DNA from: Octopus vulgaris
Taxonomy: Eukaryota
Length of the DNA: 64,000 nt
Direction of reading: 5' to 3'
Assembly (NCBI GenBank): GCA_951406725.2
Contig: OX597828.1
Coordinates: forward strand, 8,866,001-8,930,000
Positions 13,733 through 28,229 of the stretch are shown in pieces. The position numbers and the translations under genes were made by a program. Below the pieces are notes generated by a model. The model saw only the letters and a list, made by a program, of their open reading frames with translations, made no database searches and was not told the origin of the DNA. Numbering within the stretch: position 1 is the first letter of the stretch; each line of letters begins with the position of its first letter.

Positions 13733-14330
13733 GTAATAATAATAATAATAAATAATAATAAAAATAATAATTCATATGAACGGACAACTTGGTTTTGCGA
13801 GCACGTTGCATATTTTGAACATTAAATGGTCTATGACTAGGTGGAGCCTGTTTTTCCACTCCATTATCCTCTGAGAGGCCCCTGCTGGGTGTTGGAGATC
13901 TGTTGTCTTGTACATCCAGGGGAGTCTTCCAGTTCATGCCGCTATTTGGGCTTGACATTTTTTGTTATCATTGCAATGAGAAAGATTTTTTAAAAGGTTT
14001 GCGCCCTAGGTGTGTTTATTCACAACATCAACTCTAACTTGGTTACCGGCCAGAAGCAGAGGTTGCACCGACCCGTGAAGGGCAGGGGTGGCACCAATTC
14101 TCTGCGCTGCTCACATGTACAGTCGCATACAGAATTATACTGTCTGACCTGTCTTTCCTCTGCGATGTTAGATGCGATTTCAAAGAGACGTAAGTGCTTT
14201 TTCGATCATTCTGAGTGACTTCTCAGAGAGTTCATTGCTCACTTGTAATCTTCGGTGAACAGGCTCAGCTTCTGAAAACCAAGATCGTTGCTTTTGTCCT
14301 AACATCTGTAGCCATGAAAAATGTTATTGT
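10068..14330 (-). mobile_element. Near full-length decayed R4/Dong-clade LINE (Myb-like, RT, REL)
   Basis: Myb-like RWTHDDYIEVLHAFYTA (~13400-13480). RT motifs NWKTPGIDKVPIFWLK, QGNSLLPLLFCL and HLLYMDDLKL. Post-RT RIYLPRSEGHGGL. REL RH.KV..YIHW...KYKDLELE...IPVIIGA. Many stops and frameshifts; 5' limit approximate. Confidence 0.9.
13660..13770. repeat. (AAT)n tract interrupting the 5' part of the LINE
   Basis: Direct inspection. Confidence 0.9.
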
Positions 14331-14409
14331 CGTTGTTGTTGTTGTTGTCTTTGTCTAGGTAACCTTCAATTGCCGTTGTAAATTGCTGCCTTTATTGTTG
14401 AATGTATTT

Positions 14410-14583
14410 TTAGCAGTAATAGTAGCAGCAGCATCAACAGCAGCATCAACAGCAGCGGAAGTAGTAGTAGTAGTGGGGGTAGTAGTAGATGTAGCAGTGG
14501 GGCTTCGTATTCCTGTGCGATCAGAGAATTAGTAGTAGTAGTAATAGTAGTAGTAGTAGTAGTAGTAGTAGCAACATCAGTAA

Positions 14584-14616
<33 letters not shown>

Positions 14617-14691
14617 TAGTAGTTGTTGTTGTAGTACTAGCAGTAGTAGTAGCAGCAGCAGCAACAGCAGCAACAGCAGCAGTAGTAGTAA

Positions 14692-14730
<39 letters not shown>

Positions 14731-14781
14731 CAGTAGTAGTAGTAGTAGCAACAGCAGCAACAGCAGCAGTAGTAGTAGTAA

Positions 14782-14817
<36 letters not shown>

Positions 14818-14848
14818 CAACAGTAGCAACAGCAGCAGCAGCGGTGGC

Positions 14849-14899
<51 letters not shown>

Positions 14900-14946
14900 T
14901 GTAGTAAAGTAGTAGTAGTAGTTGCAACAACAGCAACAGCAGCAGC
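14410..14946. repeat. Compound (GTA)n/(GCA)n trinucleotide array
   Basis: Direct inspection; source of the spurious poly-T/L/Y ORFs. Confidence 0.95.
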
Positions 14947-15897
14947 ACGAGAACATATCAACGATAATAATCCTCTCCGACTACAAATATCGCCACGATA
15001 AGGTAGGACAGTATTTACATTGGAAACATTGTAAAATCGGTTCTCCTACTAACGAGTATGAATATGAGCCTGGGCCAGCTGTTGAATATAAAAATATCAC
15101 TATCGTCTGGGATTTTCCAGTCAACTCTGACAGAACCATCCAGGGGAACCAACCAGATATTTTTTTGTTTTATTAAAATCGTGGAAGAAAATGTTTGTAG
15201 ACAAATAAATATAATTTTTGCCACTGATAAAAATAAATATGTAAAGGAAATTGACAAACTTAAGAAATATAAAGACCTGGAAATTGAAATACAAATGTTT
15301 TGGTATCGTAAAGCATAAACTATTCCTCTTATTATAGGTGCCCTAATTATGATAGAAGAAAAAGGATGTTAGGAACGTCAAGATTACATCCCCAGAGAAA
15401 CATGTCTGAAAGAAATCCAAAGAATGTTGCTGACAAATGATGCCCTATCAATTTAAACGTCTATGTTGTATTACATGGCGACATTTTGCTACTTCTTCTC
15501 TCGTTTCCCCTCCCCAAATTTCAGTTATATTATAACATCCATTTCTTTACTACCCACAAGGGGCTAAACACAGAGAGGACAGACAAACGGATTAAGTCGA
15601 TCACATCGACCCCAGTGCGTAACTGGTACTTATTCAATCGACCCCGAAATGATGAAAGGCAAAGTCGACCTCGGCGGAATTTGAACTCAGAACGTAACGG
15701 CAGACGAAATACTGCTAAGCATTTCGCCCGACGTGCTAACGTTTCTGCCAGCTCACCGCCTTTATATTATAACATCACTTATCGCGTTATATTATAACAT
15801 CACTTATCCTTCACTTGCCCTAGGGTGCTGAGTATGTCTCGGCAAGTGATTGCAACAAACAAATGCAGATTAAAAGTAAGTAACAATAATGATAATA
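14947..15897 (+). mobile_element. R4/Dong-like REL fragment plus 3' UTR, interrupted by a SINE
   Basis: HENI...YKYRHDKVGQYLHW...WDFPVNSDRTIQGNQPDI...KLKKYKDLEIEI...IPLIIGAL. UTR ends at caataatgataataa. Confidence 0.85.
15540..15761 (-). mobile_element. Young tRNA-derived SINE family 1 with TSD
   Basis: A-box tggcagaaacgttag and B-box gagttcaaattcc. TSD ttatattataacatc at 15525-15539/15762-15776. Confidence 0.93.
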
Positions 15898-15899
15898 AA

Positions 15900-16095
15900 A
15901 TGGGCTGGGAAAGACTGAGAAATGCAAGTCACTTCAAGATGAGATTGAACGAATGTGGGCGATGAAGAAAGTGACTGTCATCTTTGTAACTGTAGCGGCA
16001 TTGGGAAGATATATTACTAAGTTGGAGAAATTTCCTGGAGAATTTGGAATTGACAAGAAGATAGAACATGTTCAGAAAAGTGCCTTATAAGAGAA
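15900..16095 (+). mobile_element. R4/Dong-like REL fragment (different subfamily)
   Basis: KTEKCKSLQDEIERMWAMKKVTVIFVTVAALG...GIDKKIEHVQKSAL. Confidence 0.75.
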
Positions 16096-16379
16096 ATCGT
16101 TGAAAACCATAGGGACTTACCTCCCTTTGTCAGTCATTAGGTATCGTGCTTTTGTGGCTTTGGAGTTAATTTCACTCTTAGTCTAAGCGGTGCTAATTAG
16201 TACCCACTATCACTTTTGTGACCTCTTTTAATGTTGCCTTTAAGTTCTAATTGTCACCCAATGGACGGTGCTGAGTTGTCAAGCATTTAAACCAAATTTT
16301 CTCAAAACAACTTGTCCGACCGATCCATAGGTCTCCCCTTTGAGAAACACTGATTTAACCTAAATTTGAGACACCGTAC

Positions 16380-16632
16380 ATTTTTCTCGCGTACAAGTAG
16401 TATCGATCGCAACAGCTGATGTACTTGCGCGTACAAATGCACGTTCCCACGGCGTTATCGATCGCATTCTCACCTGGAATCGATTTTTGTAATTTTTTTC
16501 AAGACTTATACACGCCCTGATACCGTCGGTATCTACATATCAAATTTGAGCGCAATCGGATGCAGGATGCCCGAGATCCTAGAAGACACACACACAGACA
16601 GACAGAGAGAACGGATTTTATATAATATATAT
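16380..16632 (+). mobile_element. Non-autonomous Helitron/Helentron-like 3' fragment
   Basis: caaatttgagcgcaatcggatg...gagatc...(CAGA)n...ttttatataatat layout resembles invertebrate rolling-circle non-autonomous elements. Confidence 0.5.
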
Positions 16633-16663
<31 letters not shown>

Positions 16664-16821
16664 CTACATTGTCTGTTTTGGCATGGTTTCTTTAGTTCGA
16701 TGCCATTCCTTATGCTAACTACTCTACACAGTGTAGCGGGTGCTTTTAAAATGGCACCAGCATGAGTGCTTTTTATACGTGCTGTGTTCAAATTCTGTCA
16801 ATGTTGGTGACTTTGCCTTAC

Positions 16822-16874
<53 letters not shown>

Positions 16875-17228
16875 CGCGTGTTTGTGTGTGTTCACCTTTG
16901 GTGATGTAAAGAGCAAATTAGAATTCAAAGCACAAGTATACATATTTTCTTTCTGATACTCATTAAAAAATACGGACCGATTATTAAGACGAGCCTTTCA
17001 TACTGGTTTCACATTAAGCGGAATACATGTACACATCTGTCATAATGATAGTTCCTTGGATTATTATTATTATTATTATTATTATTGTACAAGTTACGAA
17101 AGCAATTACAACTACAAGTGGATAATTCATATTCTTGAAATCGTTTGCCCCTTATGTGGTTCCATAATGAAAAGGAAAAGAAATATGGAAAGTTTAATGT
17201 GATGTGTGCATTCATACGTACATAGACA

Positions 17229-17267
<39 letters not shown>

Positions 17268-17454
17268 CAACACACGCATATATGCATGGTTGTTTGTATT
17301 TATATTTACACACACACACATATATATATATATGTGTGTGTGTGTGTGTATTTATCTATATCTATACATATTAACATAGATATTTGTGTATATCTTTTAT
17401 ATTTATGTATATATATATATATATCTATATACATATATATATATATGTATGTGT

Positions 17455-17666
17455 GTGTGTGTCTGTGTTTGTTCCCCCAACATCGATTGACAACTGATGC
17501 TGGCGTGTTTACGGCACGGTAGCTTAGCGGTTCGGGAAAAGAGACCGATAGAATAAATACCAGGCTTACAAAGAATAAGTCCTGGGGTCGATTTGCTCGA
17601 CTAAAGGCGGTGCTCCAGCATGGCCACAGTCAAATGACTGAAACAAGTAAAAGAGTAAAACAAAAA

Positions 17667-17670
<4 letters not shown>
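17455..17670 (+). mobile_element. SINE family 2, 3' half
   Basis: High similarity to 50190-50392. Confidence 0.85.
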
Positions 17671-17732
<62 letters not shown>

Positions 17733-18129
17733 GTTTGTATCTGTTCAACTATATTACATGTGCATATGCGTGTGTGCTGTTGCAGTAGTAGTAGTAGTAG
17801 TAGTACAGCGGGAAGTACATGTACGCATGTGTGTATGTACGTATTTTTCTGTATGTATATACATGCATGTGTATGTACTTCAGGAAGGTAGATAAGTGCG
17901 AAGAGGGACAGAAAGATGTACAGAGCTAGAAAGAGATAGGTGAGAAGACAAAGCGTGCCGGACCTATAAAGAGACGAATCTATGTATGCATGTATGTGTT
18001 TGTAATTATTATTTATATGTGTGTGTGTGTGAATGTATACATATGCATTAAACACATACACATACACAGGCATATTCTTATCTATATATGTGTTAATAAA
18101 CATATATGTAGTTATGTAAGTAATAATAT

Positions 18130-18168
<39 letters not shown>

Positions 18169-18324
18169 AACACATGGATATTTTTACATATTTGTTTGTG
18201 TCTGTGTGTGGATGTGTGTGTGGATGTGTGTGAGTGTGTGTGTATCTGTGCTTCTATGAATATGCACATATCTATATCTATACGTATCTATATATCTATC
18301 TCTAACTATCTTCATTTATATACT

Positions 18325-18356
<32 letters not shown>

Positions 18357-19095
18357 ATTTTTTCCGTAATGAGATAAAAAAAACAAGGTTGTGTAGATTT
18401 TAGAACATATATTTGCATATATATTTTATATACATATATATATATATTTATATATATAAATATATATATATATATTTATATATATATATATTTATATATA
18501 TAAGTATATATATGAAGATAGCTATGGATAGATATATAGATACGTATAGATATAGATATGTGCATATTCATAGAAGCACACGCACACACACTCTCACACA
18601 GACAGTTCTCTTAAGAAAGCCTATATACTTGCATAGATGCATGTATGAACAAATTGATCTGTATTTATAGCTATTGATTTGTGTTATAATATATGTTGCA
18701 GTGGATATATACACCAGATATCGGCGGTTAAAAAATTTGTAGAATATCGATTAGAACGTTGCAATTAATCAGAAGAAGGCTAATAAACCATAAGACACAC
18801 AGTATATACGGTTTTGTGTTAGTAGTTACACACGCACATATACATATACACAAAGTTACATGAATATATACAGAGAAACGGGCAGGTAAATACGTATATA
18901 GAAAGTGAAAGTGAAACTGATAGAGTAAACGTCTATGGAAATATCAGTAGTAGCATTATAGTTTTCTATAAAGATAAAAAGTTTGTGCATGAATATATGT
19001 ATGTGTGTGTGTATGTATGTACGTACTGTTAGAAAATGGAAAATGAAGAACTAGTAGAATGTGTGAGTGCGTGTGTGTGAGAGAGAGAGAGAGAG

Positions 19096-19167
<72 letters not shown>

Positions 19168-19956
19168 TGGAATAGAAAGTAAGCCATAAGTGTAAGTAAT
19201 CATATGAAATATATATATTTTCCATCAGACAAATAGATAATCAATAAATAAATTAATTTACGCTCCTGCTATTTGATAAGTTAAAGAAGAAATATTGCTT
19301 CGCGTTTGTGACGCCTACTGATCAATACTATTATTGTGAATCGAAATTAAACCGTGTTCCCACCTATCTAAACCCAGCTAAATCCCCACCCATAAAATTG
19401 CTCCACCTACATGAACATATTAACGCAAATCGTTATTAGTTTATTAAAAACCGCGAAACAATTAATAAGTTCTGTGATGCCATGTTCATTCCAGACATTC
19501 TAATTAACTGTGAGGAATAAGTTGGCCTTGCAATTACTTGTCTTTTCTTATTAAATGAAGAAAATTAAGAACAGACAAACTTTGTTGATTGGAAAGTCTA
19601 TGAATGTTCAGACAGATTTTCTTACACATAATACAAACTACATTATTTATATCAAAATTTACTTCTCCTAATAAATATATAGATCATGCGGCCTGTGATT
19701 GTAGCAAGAGCAATTGGATATATGTTAAGGTTATTCACCCCGTCACGTTTTTGTATTAGGCCATTTATACAACCAGAATATCGACGGAGGATTCGTTAGT
19801 TAAGCAACTTCTATTTTGTGAATTCTGCACCAAAAACGTTATATATTCATTTCTGTTAATATACATATGTATTTACATGTATAAATGCATGTATGTATAT
19901 ATGTAACTATGTATGTATTTAGACAAGAACTTATTTAATTATATAAGGCAGTGAAA

Positions 19957-20187
19957 GGCGGCGAGCTGGCAGAATCGTTAGCATGCCAAGTGAAATGCGT
20001 AGCCGTATTTCGTCTGCCGTTACTTTCTGGGTACAAATTCCGCCGAGGTCGACTTTGCCTTTCATCCTTTCGGGGTCGATAAATTAAGTGCCAGTTACGC
20101 ACTGGGGTCGATGTAATCGACTTAATCCGTTTGTCTGTCCTTGTTTGTCCTCTCTGTGTTTAGCTCCTTGTGGGCAGTAAAGAAATA
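19957..20187 (+). mobile_element. Young SINE family 1 with 17-bp TSD
   Basis: TSD tatataaggcagtgaaa at 19940-19956/20188-20204. A and B boxes present. Confidence 0.93.
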
Positions 20188-20192
20188 TATAT

Positions 20193-20345
20193 AAGGCAGT
20201 GAAATAGCACAGTCGCTATAAACGTCCGACATAATGGCTGCGGTATTCGTTCCGAATTCTTGTCTTCTGAGTTCAAGTTCTACGCTTTTTAGCTTCATCC
20301 TTCGCTGCGTCGTGAATAATAAATGTCAGCACTTTACTGGGACGG
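20193..20345 (+). mobile_element. Old SINE family 1-related copy (target of the 19957 insertion)
   Basis: aaggcagtga...ttctgagttcaagttct...ttcatccttcg...actggg is colinear with family 1. Confidence 0.6.
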
Positions 20346-20653
20346 ATTTTTCTTTCTTATTTTATCGCCTTCTCCTTTACTCATTTGTAGAAATCGGCTG
20401 TAATCAGATTCGTCAGTTATAGGCTTCACTCGGTTTAAAACGCCGAGGAACCGCCTTATATAACGACAGTTTCGCTACCATTCAGTCAGATGTCCATGAC
20501 CGAAAATAGAACACATACATGCATATACGCATAAACTCTCTATTTCACCCCTTCTCAGCCACACGCAAACACAGAAGCTTGCTTCTCAGCCTTGTGAGTG
20601 TATTTGGTAGGCAGAAACTGAAAGAATCCCGTTCTATGTATATATATAAATAT

Positions 20654-20758
<105 letters not shown>

Positions 20759-21136
20759 TAGATAGATAGATAGATACAAGAACACACACACGCGCACACG
20801 CACACACGCACACACACGCACATGCTCTCTCTCTCACTTTCTCCCCATTCATCACCCTCTTGTACTATCTTATATCCCACCCCACCACTACACACTCAAT
20901 AACACTATAAAAATAGTAAAATTTTCTACAAGAACTTAGTTCAATTCGAAAACTCCACCAGAATGGACGAAAGCGCTAGATACATGATATATGATATATG
21001 AAATCTGATGTATAAAAACATGTAATATACAAATAAATATCTGTAAATATAAAACCATCCGAATTTCTGAGTACCTCATTTGTTCTAATATAAAATACAT
21101 GTACATCATATCCAATTATATATTCTAATATATATG

Positions 21137-21168
<32 letters not shown>

Positions 21169-21269
21169 AGTAGAATGGTGAAAAATGACACAGGAGTTGA
21201 TATGTATAAGGAAAATGTGACAAAGTAGAAAATGCTAAAATGATTTTATTATGAAATACATTTTTTAAT

Positions 21270-23157
21270 GGTTAGTACCGGTTTCTGACTTCGACTTTTT
21301 CAACTAAGAGTAAAACAAAGATGGATACTAATTAAAAAGAAAAACAATTAAATTGAAGAAAAAAGTTAATTGAAATGTTTTGTAAATAGTCTTCAAATGA
21401 GTGGTACATCTTCCTTTTCCCCTCTCTCTCTCTCTCTCTTTTTCTTTTGTAAAGGTTCGTAAGGTCGGTAGGTAGTAGCAGATCTTAAAAATTGTGTTTA
21501 CAAATGTAAAGATATATTTGGTTCTGAAGTTTGATGTTCTAAACAGTAGCAGGTAAGAAAGGAGGAGGCGAAGAAGAGTGAGAAGAAGAAGAAGAAGAAG
21601 AAGAAGAAGAAAAAGAAGAAAGAGGCGGAGAAGGAATAGAAAACGATGAAGAATAAAAAACAAAAACGACAGGAGTAGTATTACCTAGTATTAAAGACTG
21701 CTTGTGGGCCTCACGTTGACCTGTTGGGGTTGTAATAGTAGTAGCAGCAGTGTATGTTTTAAACAAATTCGTGGGTAACTACTCTTCTAAATATATCTAT
21801 CGTTTTTAATATTTCCGTGGATATTATTCAAAGATCCTTGTAGTAGCGTCATCTGTGGTGAATGCATTCAAAAGAGGTTTATATTTTGCGATAAAATATG
21901 ATTCTTTGCTAATGCACTGATTATACGTTGCATTGTCCCTGAATTTAAAGAGGGGAAAAATTCTACAGATGGGTTGTTCAAAGTGGCGCAAATGTCGATG
22001 TGTTGTTCACTTATTGCTATTCTTCTGTATTCCCTTATTTTAATCTGGGATGTATGAACGGTCATCTTCTGCTTTTAGTTTGACCAAGGTATTGCTTTCG
22101 GCACCCTGAGCAAGCTAACATATATATATCAGGTTTTCCGAAGCACATGTGAAGTTGTTTTTTACTGTAAAATGTTGACTCTGTTTGAAGGTTTCTCCTG
22201 CATTTCTAGTGCTATCTCGTATCCTTGTGTCTGTGTACTGGGTTTAAAAAATGATTGAGGTGGTTGGGACGGTAGCTGTTATCTAGCTGTCTTCGGTTGT
22301 TGTGTAATTCCCTGTTGCGATTTCTGGTGCGAATTCTTGGATGGGGGTTGAACAGTGTGTCCGTATATTTCCTGTTCTGATGTGGTTCCTCAGAGGGTCG
22401 TCGATGGAAATCATTTCGCGTCGTAAGAGTTTGTTGTGCATGGTTGTTAAGTGGATTGCTAGAATATAAATTACATTGGTATCTCCTTATTGGGGCGGAG
22501 GTTGTAATGTCTATCATGCGGGTAGTGATATCTCATTGCTTTGTCTGCGTTTGGGGTATCTCCGTTGTTGTTTCGTGGGTGGATTGTGAAGTTAGGGTTA
22601 GGCCTTGTATTGCTTTTTGGTAGGGGAGAATCTTCTGTTTTTTAGATGTGTGTGGACCTGTGTTTGTGTGTGTTGTTTTGATTTTCTTTTTTTTTAGGAA
22701 AGGGATGTTGAATGCGTATTTAGTTTGAAAGACAGTTTCATACTTTAAAACCATGTGGCGTTTATTCCCCAGTGCAGGAGGGATGTCCGTTCTTTGTTGT
22801 CACAATCCTCCTTCCATAGTTTTGAGATCTTCTCAGAGTTGGATCCTTTAGTCATTTTGTTAATTTCTTGGTTGATCTCTTCATCGGTGGATTTCACTTT
22901 ATATTCATTAGTCTGCGCCCTCAACTTTAAAACTTCTATTTCCATCTTCATTTTTTCTAGTGCCATTCTTTCCCTAAGGCGTATTTGCACCTCAGGTTAA
23001 TGTATAATGACTTTTGATCTGGAATTTGCGGCAAATCATTAATGGAGTCAGATTTAGCCGCTTTTCGTTTGTATCTGATTTGTTGCTATTTTGGATCATC
23101 TTCCAATAGGCGAATTTTCTATCTCTGAGCAATTTGTTCTATTGTTATATTATGTGG
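21270..23157 (-). mobile_element. Penelope-like element relic: N-terminal region plus GIY-YIG endonuclease, no RT
   Basis: About 22190-21865 reads FTVKNNFTCASENLIY/MLACSGCRKQYLGQT...MTVHTSQI...HIDIC...ESYFIAKYKPLLNA. Upstream are degraded ORF pieces (22212-22990). 5' end abuts (TA)n. Confidence 0.75.
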
Positions 23158-23184
23158 TATATATATATATATATATATATATAG

Positions 23185-23280
23185 AATAAGTCTTGCGGAT
23201 CGATTTCTTCGATTAAAACTCTTTTCAGGTGATGCTCCAAGCATAGCCGCAGTGAAATGTCTGAAACATGTAAAATAAAT
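23185..23280 (+). mobile_element. SINE family 2, 3' fragment
   Basis: aataagtcttgcggatcgattt...gctccaagcatagccgcagtgaaatgtctgaaac. Confidence 0.6.
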
Positions 23281-23468
23281 TAAGGTACAAAAGTAAAATA
23301 TGAAATGTTGATACACATTTCGGGAAAATGTGTTATATTTAGAACAAAATAGAAAATTTCAATTAGTCAATACTAAATGTAATTTACGCTTTATACAAAA
23401 CATGACGAAAAGGATATATGTGGATGCTTAACATGATATTCGTCATCATCCATAGGTATGTAGCTATC

Positions 23469-23699
23469 CGTTTCTTTATTACCCACAAGGGGCTACACAC
23501 AGAGGAGACAAACAAGGACAGACAAACGGATTATGTCGATTACATCGACCCCAGTGCGTAACTGGTACTTAATTTATCGACCCCGAAAGGATGAAAGGCA
23601 AAGTCGACCTCGGCGGAATTTGAACTCAGAACGTAACGGCAGACAAAATACAGCTACGCATTTCGCCCGGCGTGCTAACGTTTCTGCCAGCTCGCCGCT
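23469..23699 (-). mobile_element. Young SINE family 1 with 14-bp TSD
   Basis: TSD ggtatgtagctatc at 23455-23468/23700-23713. Confidence 0.93.
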
Positions 23700-26492
23700 G
23701 GTATGTAGCTATCAGTGATCTTTGATATATTCCATGTACAAAAATTCGTGCAGGTATCGCCAACGATTCACCCTGCCTCTGATACAACTCATTTTCATCT
23801 AGGTAGACTTGAACACGAGAAAATGTTGCCGAAGGATAGGACATAAGCATATAATAATTCGATTTCGACTCAAAAAGCCACACCATTAAAACTTGAACTC
23901 TCACCATATGAGACAACTAGGAGTCAAATTTATTTCTAATCACATGCTAATATGGGAACGGAAAGGAATTATCGGATAATATAGTCCTAGAAATTCTTCA
24001 AAACAAATTCAATGATTATGGCTTGGAATTCGTCTGACCATAAACAGTTGATGTCGCCTTGAAAGTTGATGTGAACAAAACACGATCCTCTCTAAATCTC
24101 ACTTTCAGATTTGTATGAATCTTAGAGTCAGACTTGAGTGACTTAATGATGAGTACCACTGGAAAAAGATTAACACATTTATTTGAAACATTATAATTTG
24201 TTTGATATTCACATAGTTTAGGAGGATGATTCAGATAAGTGTAGCTAGGAGTTTTCTATTTCTTGATCGAGTGTAGCTGTCTGAGTTGTGGTTGTTTATC
24301 TGCTTTCAATAAGTTACAAAATACGAAATACGAAACACATCCTTCCTTGAGCAAGAAATAAATACCCAAATGTATATTTCAGGTAGAATTTTTATTTATG
24401 CTTCAATGGTAAAATCTGGACGATTCAAGTCAAATAGTAGTCTAGGGAATCATTTGAATATCATAACATCAAAACCCCGGAAAAGCAATTTTGTTGTGAA
24501 TTTTCTAAATAATCTCGATACCGTATGCAGATGGAACGTATGAGCAACGTTGAAAATATTGAATTAATTCGACGTAGAATCTTGTACATATATGATTTTG
24601 CTACTTGTCAGACTTTGGTAGCATGTTGAGAGACGCACAGCCCTCTAATTGATATATCGGAACATCGCAGTACAGCTACAAGAGCCGGTATCCAAACAAG
24701 AACGTGTTATAAAAAGATGTGTTATAAAATGCTGAGTTCTTTTCATAGCATGAATCTATTAGTAGCTCATAAAAATATGCTTTGTTTATTAAACCACATT
24801 CACACAAAAACACACAAACAGACACGCGCACACACACTTGAATTGTTAATGAGCAGTCAAATTCCCATAATATTGACGTTGCTGCGGATGACAAAACAAA
24901 TTGTGGAATGTAATACAAGAATAAATATAAAATCGATTTTCATACAGTTAGCTTCTTTACCTGATATAATAACCCTACAACACGACTCTTCATTATAGAA
25001 AACGTAAACATATATGACCTGTTACAACAAGGTAGCCGATAACCTTAACAAGGTATACTAACATCTGAAAAAACGAAAGGTGGAAAATATCTCTTCCTTA
25101 TAGTTACAAAGAATCGCAAGCTCCTGGCATGCAAAATCTATAAGAAACGAAATGTAGACATTTTGAGATATTTGAATATTACTGTGGCTTTCAAACAAAA
25201 TATATATAAATGTAAAGAAAGGGGTGCATATTATGTTAAAGAAAACCTAAAATTAGATAGAAATGGTACACAGAAATTGGTAGACAGATCCATGCACGCA
25301 CACATATGTACATATACAATCGCACTTTTACTGTAAGTTATTTTATGTTTATGTATTGATTAGAAATTTTGCACAACATATGGAGTTTTGCATAATTTTT
25401 TGTCGAATATATTCCAAAAGTGATATAGATAACGATCATGTACGCAAACGGCAGTTACTGATGTTAGATATAAGTTATGTCAGTTGAAATATTGCTAAAC
25501 AGCTACAATTAGAAATTTCTCATCGTGATATGGAACTTTGGGTGTCAAAATATTATTATCGTATCTTTATTTGACATTAAGACAACAGCATTGGCTTATT
25601 ACCAATAGTAAATAAATAAATATCCTCTCGTCAGAACAAGTGAATAATTACTTTATTAATATTGAGATATCTTAACAGTGCTCTCAACTGTTCTACCTTA
25701 AGGTAACGTTACTATTGGAACACCATTATTTACTTAACAAAGAATATCTATGCTTCATAAAAGACATTTTTAAGTACATTTTTGTGAGTTTTAAATACAT
25801 ATATTTGGACATTTTTGCATTGTAACTGTGCTTCTTCATTTGGCCGATGTTGCCACAAGTAACAATATTTATCACTAACTTAACCTATTAATTATATTTT
25901 GTAACATGTGCAGAATTATTTTTTAAAGTTTCGATTCTATATGTGTACATAACCATACATGCAGATACTTTAATTGTTTGTCGGAATTGTATAACATCTG
26001 CAAACACATTTTCAGTTAGTGAAATAGACAAGGTATATAATACGAATTAAATTATTTTAAAAATTATAAAAAGATGTATAATACGGAAATTATAATACGA
26101 AAAAAATTATGAAAAGTTTTATAATACGAATAAAACTTACTCAATATTTACCATTGTTATTAGACATAGATGTGTGTAACAAATAGCACGATAACGTACG
26201 CTGTACACCTAATGCGACAAATGCCTTGTCAAGGTGTAATACTAAGAAAGATAGTATTCGTTCGAGAGTATGATATAACAAGCAAAGGATTTTTGCTTCT
26301 TATATTTAATCGCACAAACTACACAACATTAATCTACATACATGCATATATAATATATATATATACATATATATATATATACGCACATACATATATGTGT
26401 GTCCACGTGTATGTATGTATATATATATGTATACGTTTCATGTATACTCTATAAACGTATACGTTTCAATAATCTGTATATATACATACATT

Positions 26493-27415
<923 letters not shown>

Positions 27416-27715
27416 ATCAGAAAGAAGTCCGGCGTGAGGGATGTCATCGCAGAGTATACACACAGCAAGTTTAGATGGGCTGGACACGTCGCCCGGCTCA
27501 CCGATAATCGGTGGACCCGCGCAGTTGTCGAGTGGTACTAGCGCGAGCTTACGACCACCCGGAAGGCCTCCACGACGGTGGAGTTACAATTTCAGGAGGA
27601 CGATTGGGATCACGTGGATAAGAAAGGCGCGATCCAGAGAGGAGTGGACAGCGTGCTGTGACCAGCAGTGTCAAATGGACACCTGACGCCTGACGGTCAA
27701 GGTGATCAAGGTGAT
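27416..27715 (+). mobile_element. RTE-clade LINE 3' end (sense part of the same insertion)
   Basis: IRKKSGVRDVI...KFRWAGHVARLTDNRW...RPPGRPPRRW. Ends in (tcaaggtga)2 then (TA)n. Confidence 0.92.
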
Positions 27716-27979
27716 ATATATATCGATAATAAAGTGATTGTTCCTTATCAGGAACTTTTAACCGCGATGGACTGTATTCACACATTTTTCTTATATGCTT
27801 GTATTGATGAGTTGTGTTTCATCTTCCGTGATTTTATGCATGTATATTCTATGTGAAAGAAAAAGCATTATGTGATTAAATGTTCGAGATATGAAATGTT
27901 ACGTGGATGACCTTATATTTGTTTGTTCTGCAACCATAGTTTATATATATATATATATATATATAAATGTATATATAGA

Positions 27980-28140
27980 GGGAGAATTCAGAAAAAAACA
28001 AAGAACGAAGACAGGTGGAGTAGATGTATTAGTTTAACGCTTGGGAAGTGAAAAATCATCAACGTTTCGAGCCTACGCTCTTCCACAGAAAGGAACACAG
28101 AAAGAAACAAAGAGAGAAAATAAAGAATGTGCAGTGGCTA
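27980..28140 (-). mobile_element. Short hammerhead-bearing repeat, family A
   Basis: Homologous to 50770-50950; flanked by TA-rich microsatellites. Confidence 0.7.
28057..28092 (-). ncRNA. Minimal hammerhead-like motif (variant core, stem I decayed)
   Basis: CUUU-CUGUGGA-A GAGC GUAG GCUC-GAAACGUU. Confidence 0.5.
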
Positions 28141-28164
28141 TGTGCATATATATATGTACATATG

Positions 28165-28229
<65 letters not shown>

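Noticed and set aside
14366-14961. 196-aa Thr/Ala-rich mucin- or antifreeze-like ORF
   Set aside because: Entirely a GTA/GCA trinucleotide array, open in several frames and flanked by LINE debris
19295-19460. Weak inverted ends (tcgcgttt / aaaccgcga) around a C-rich core
   Set aside because: IR is too short and there is no second copy in the window
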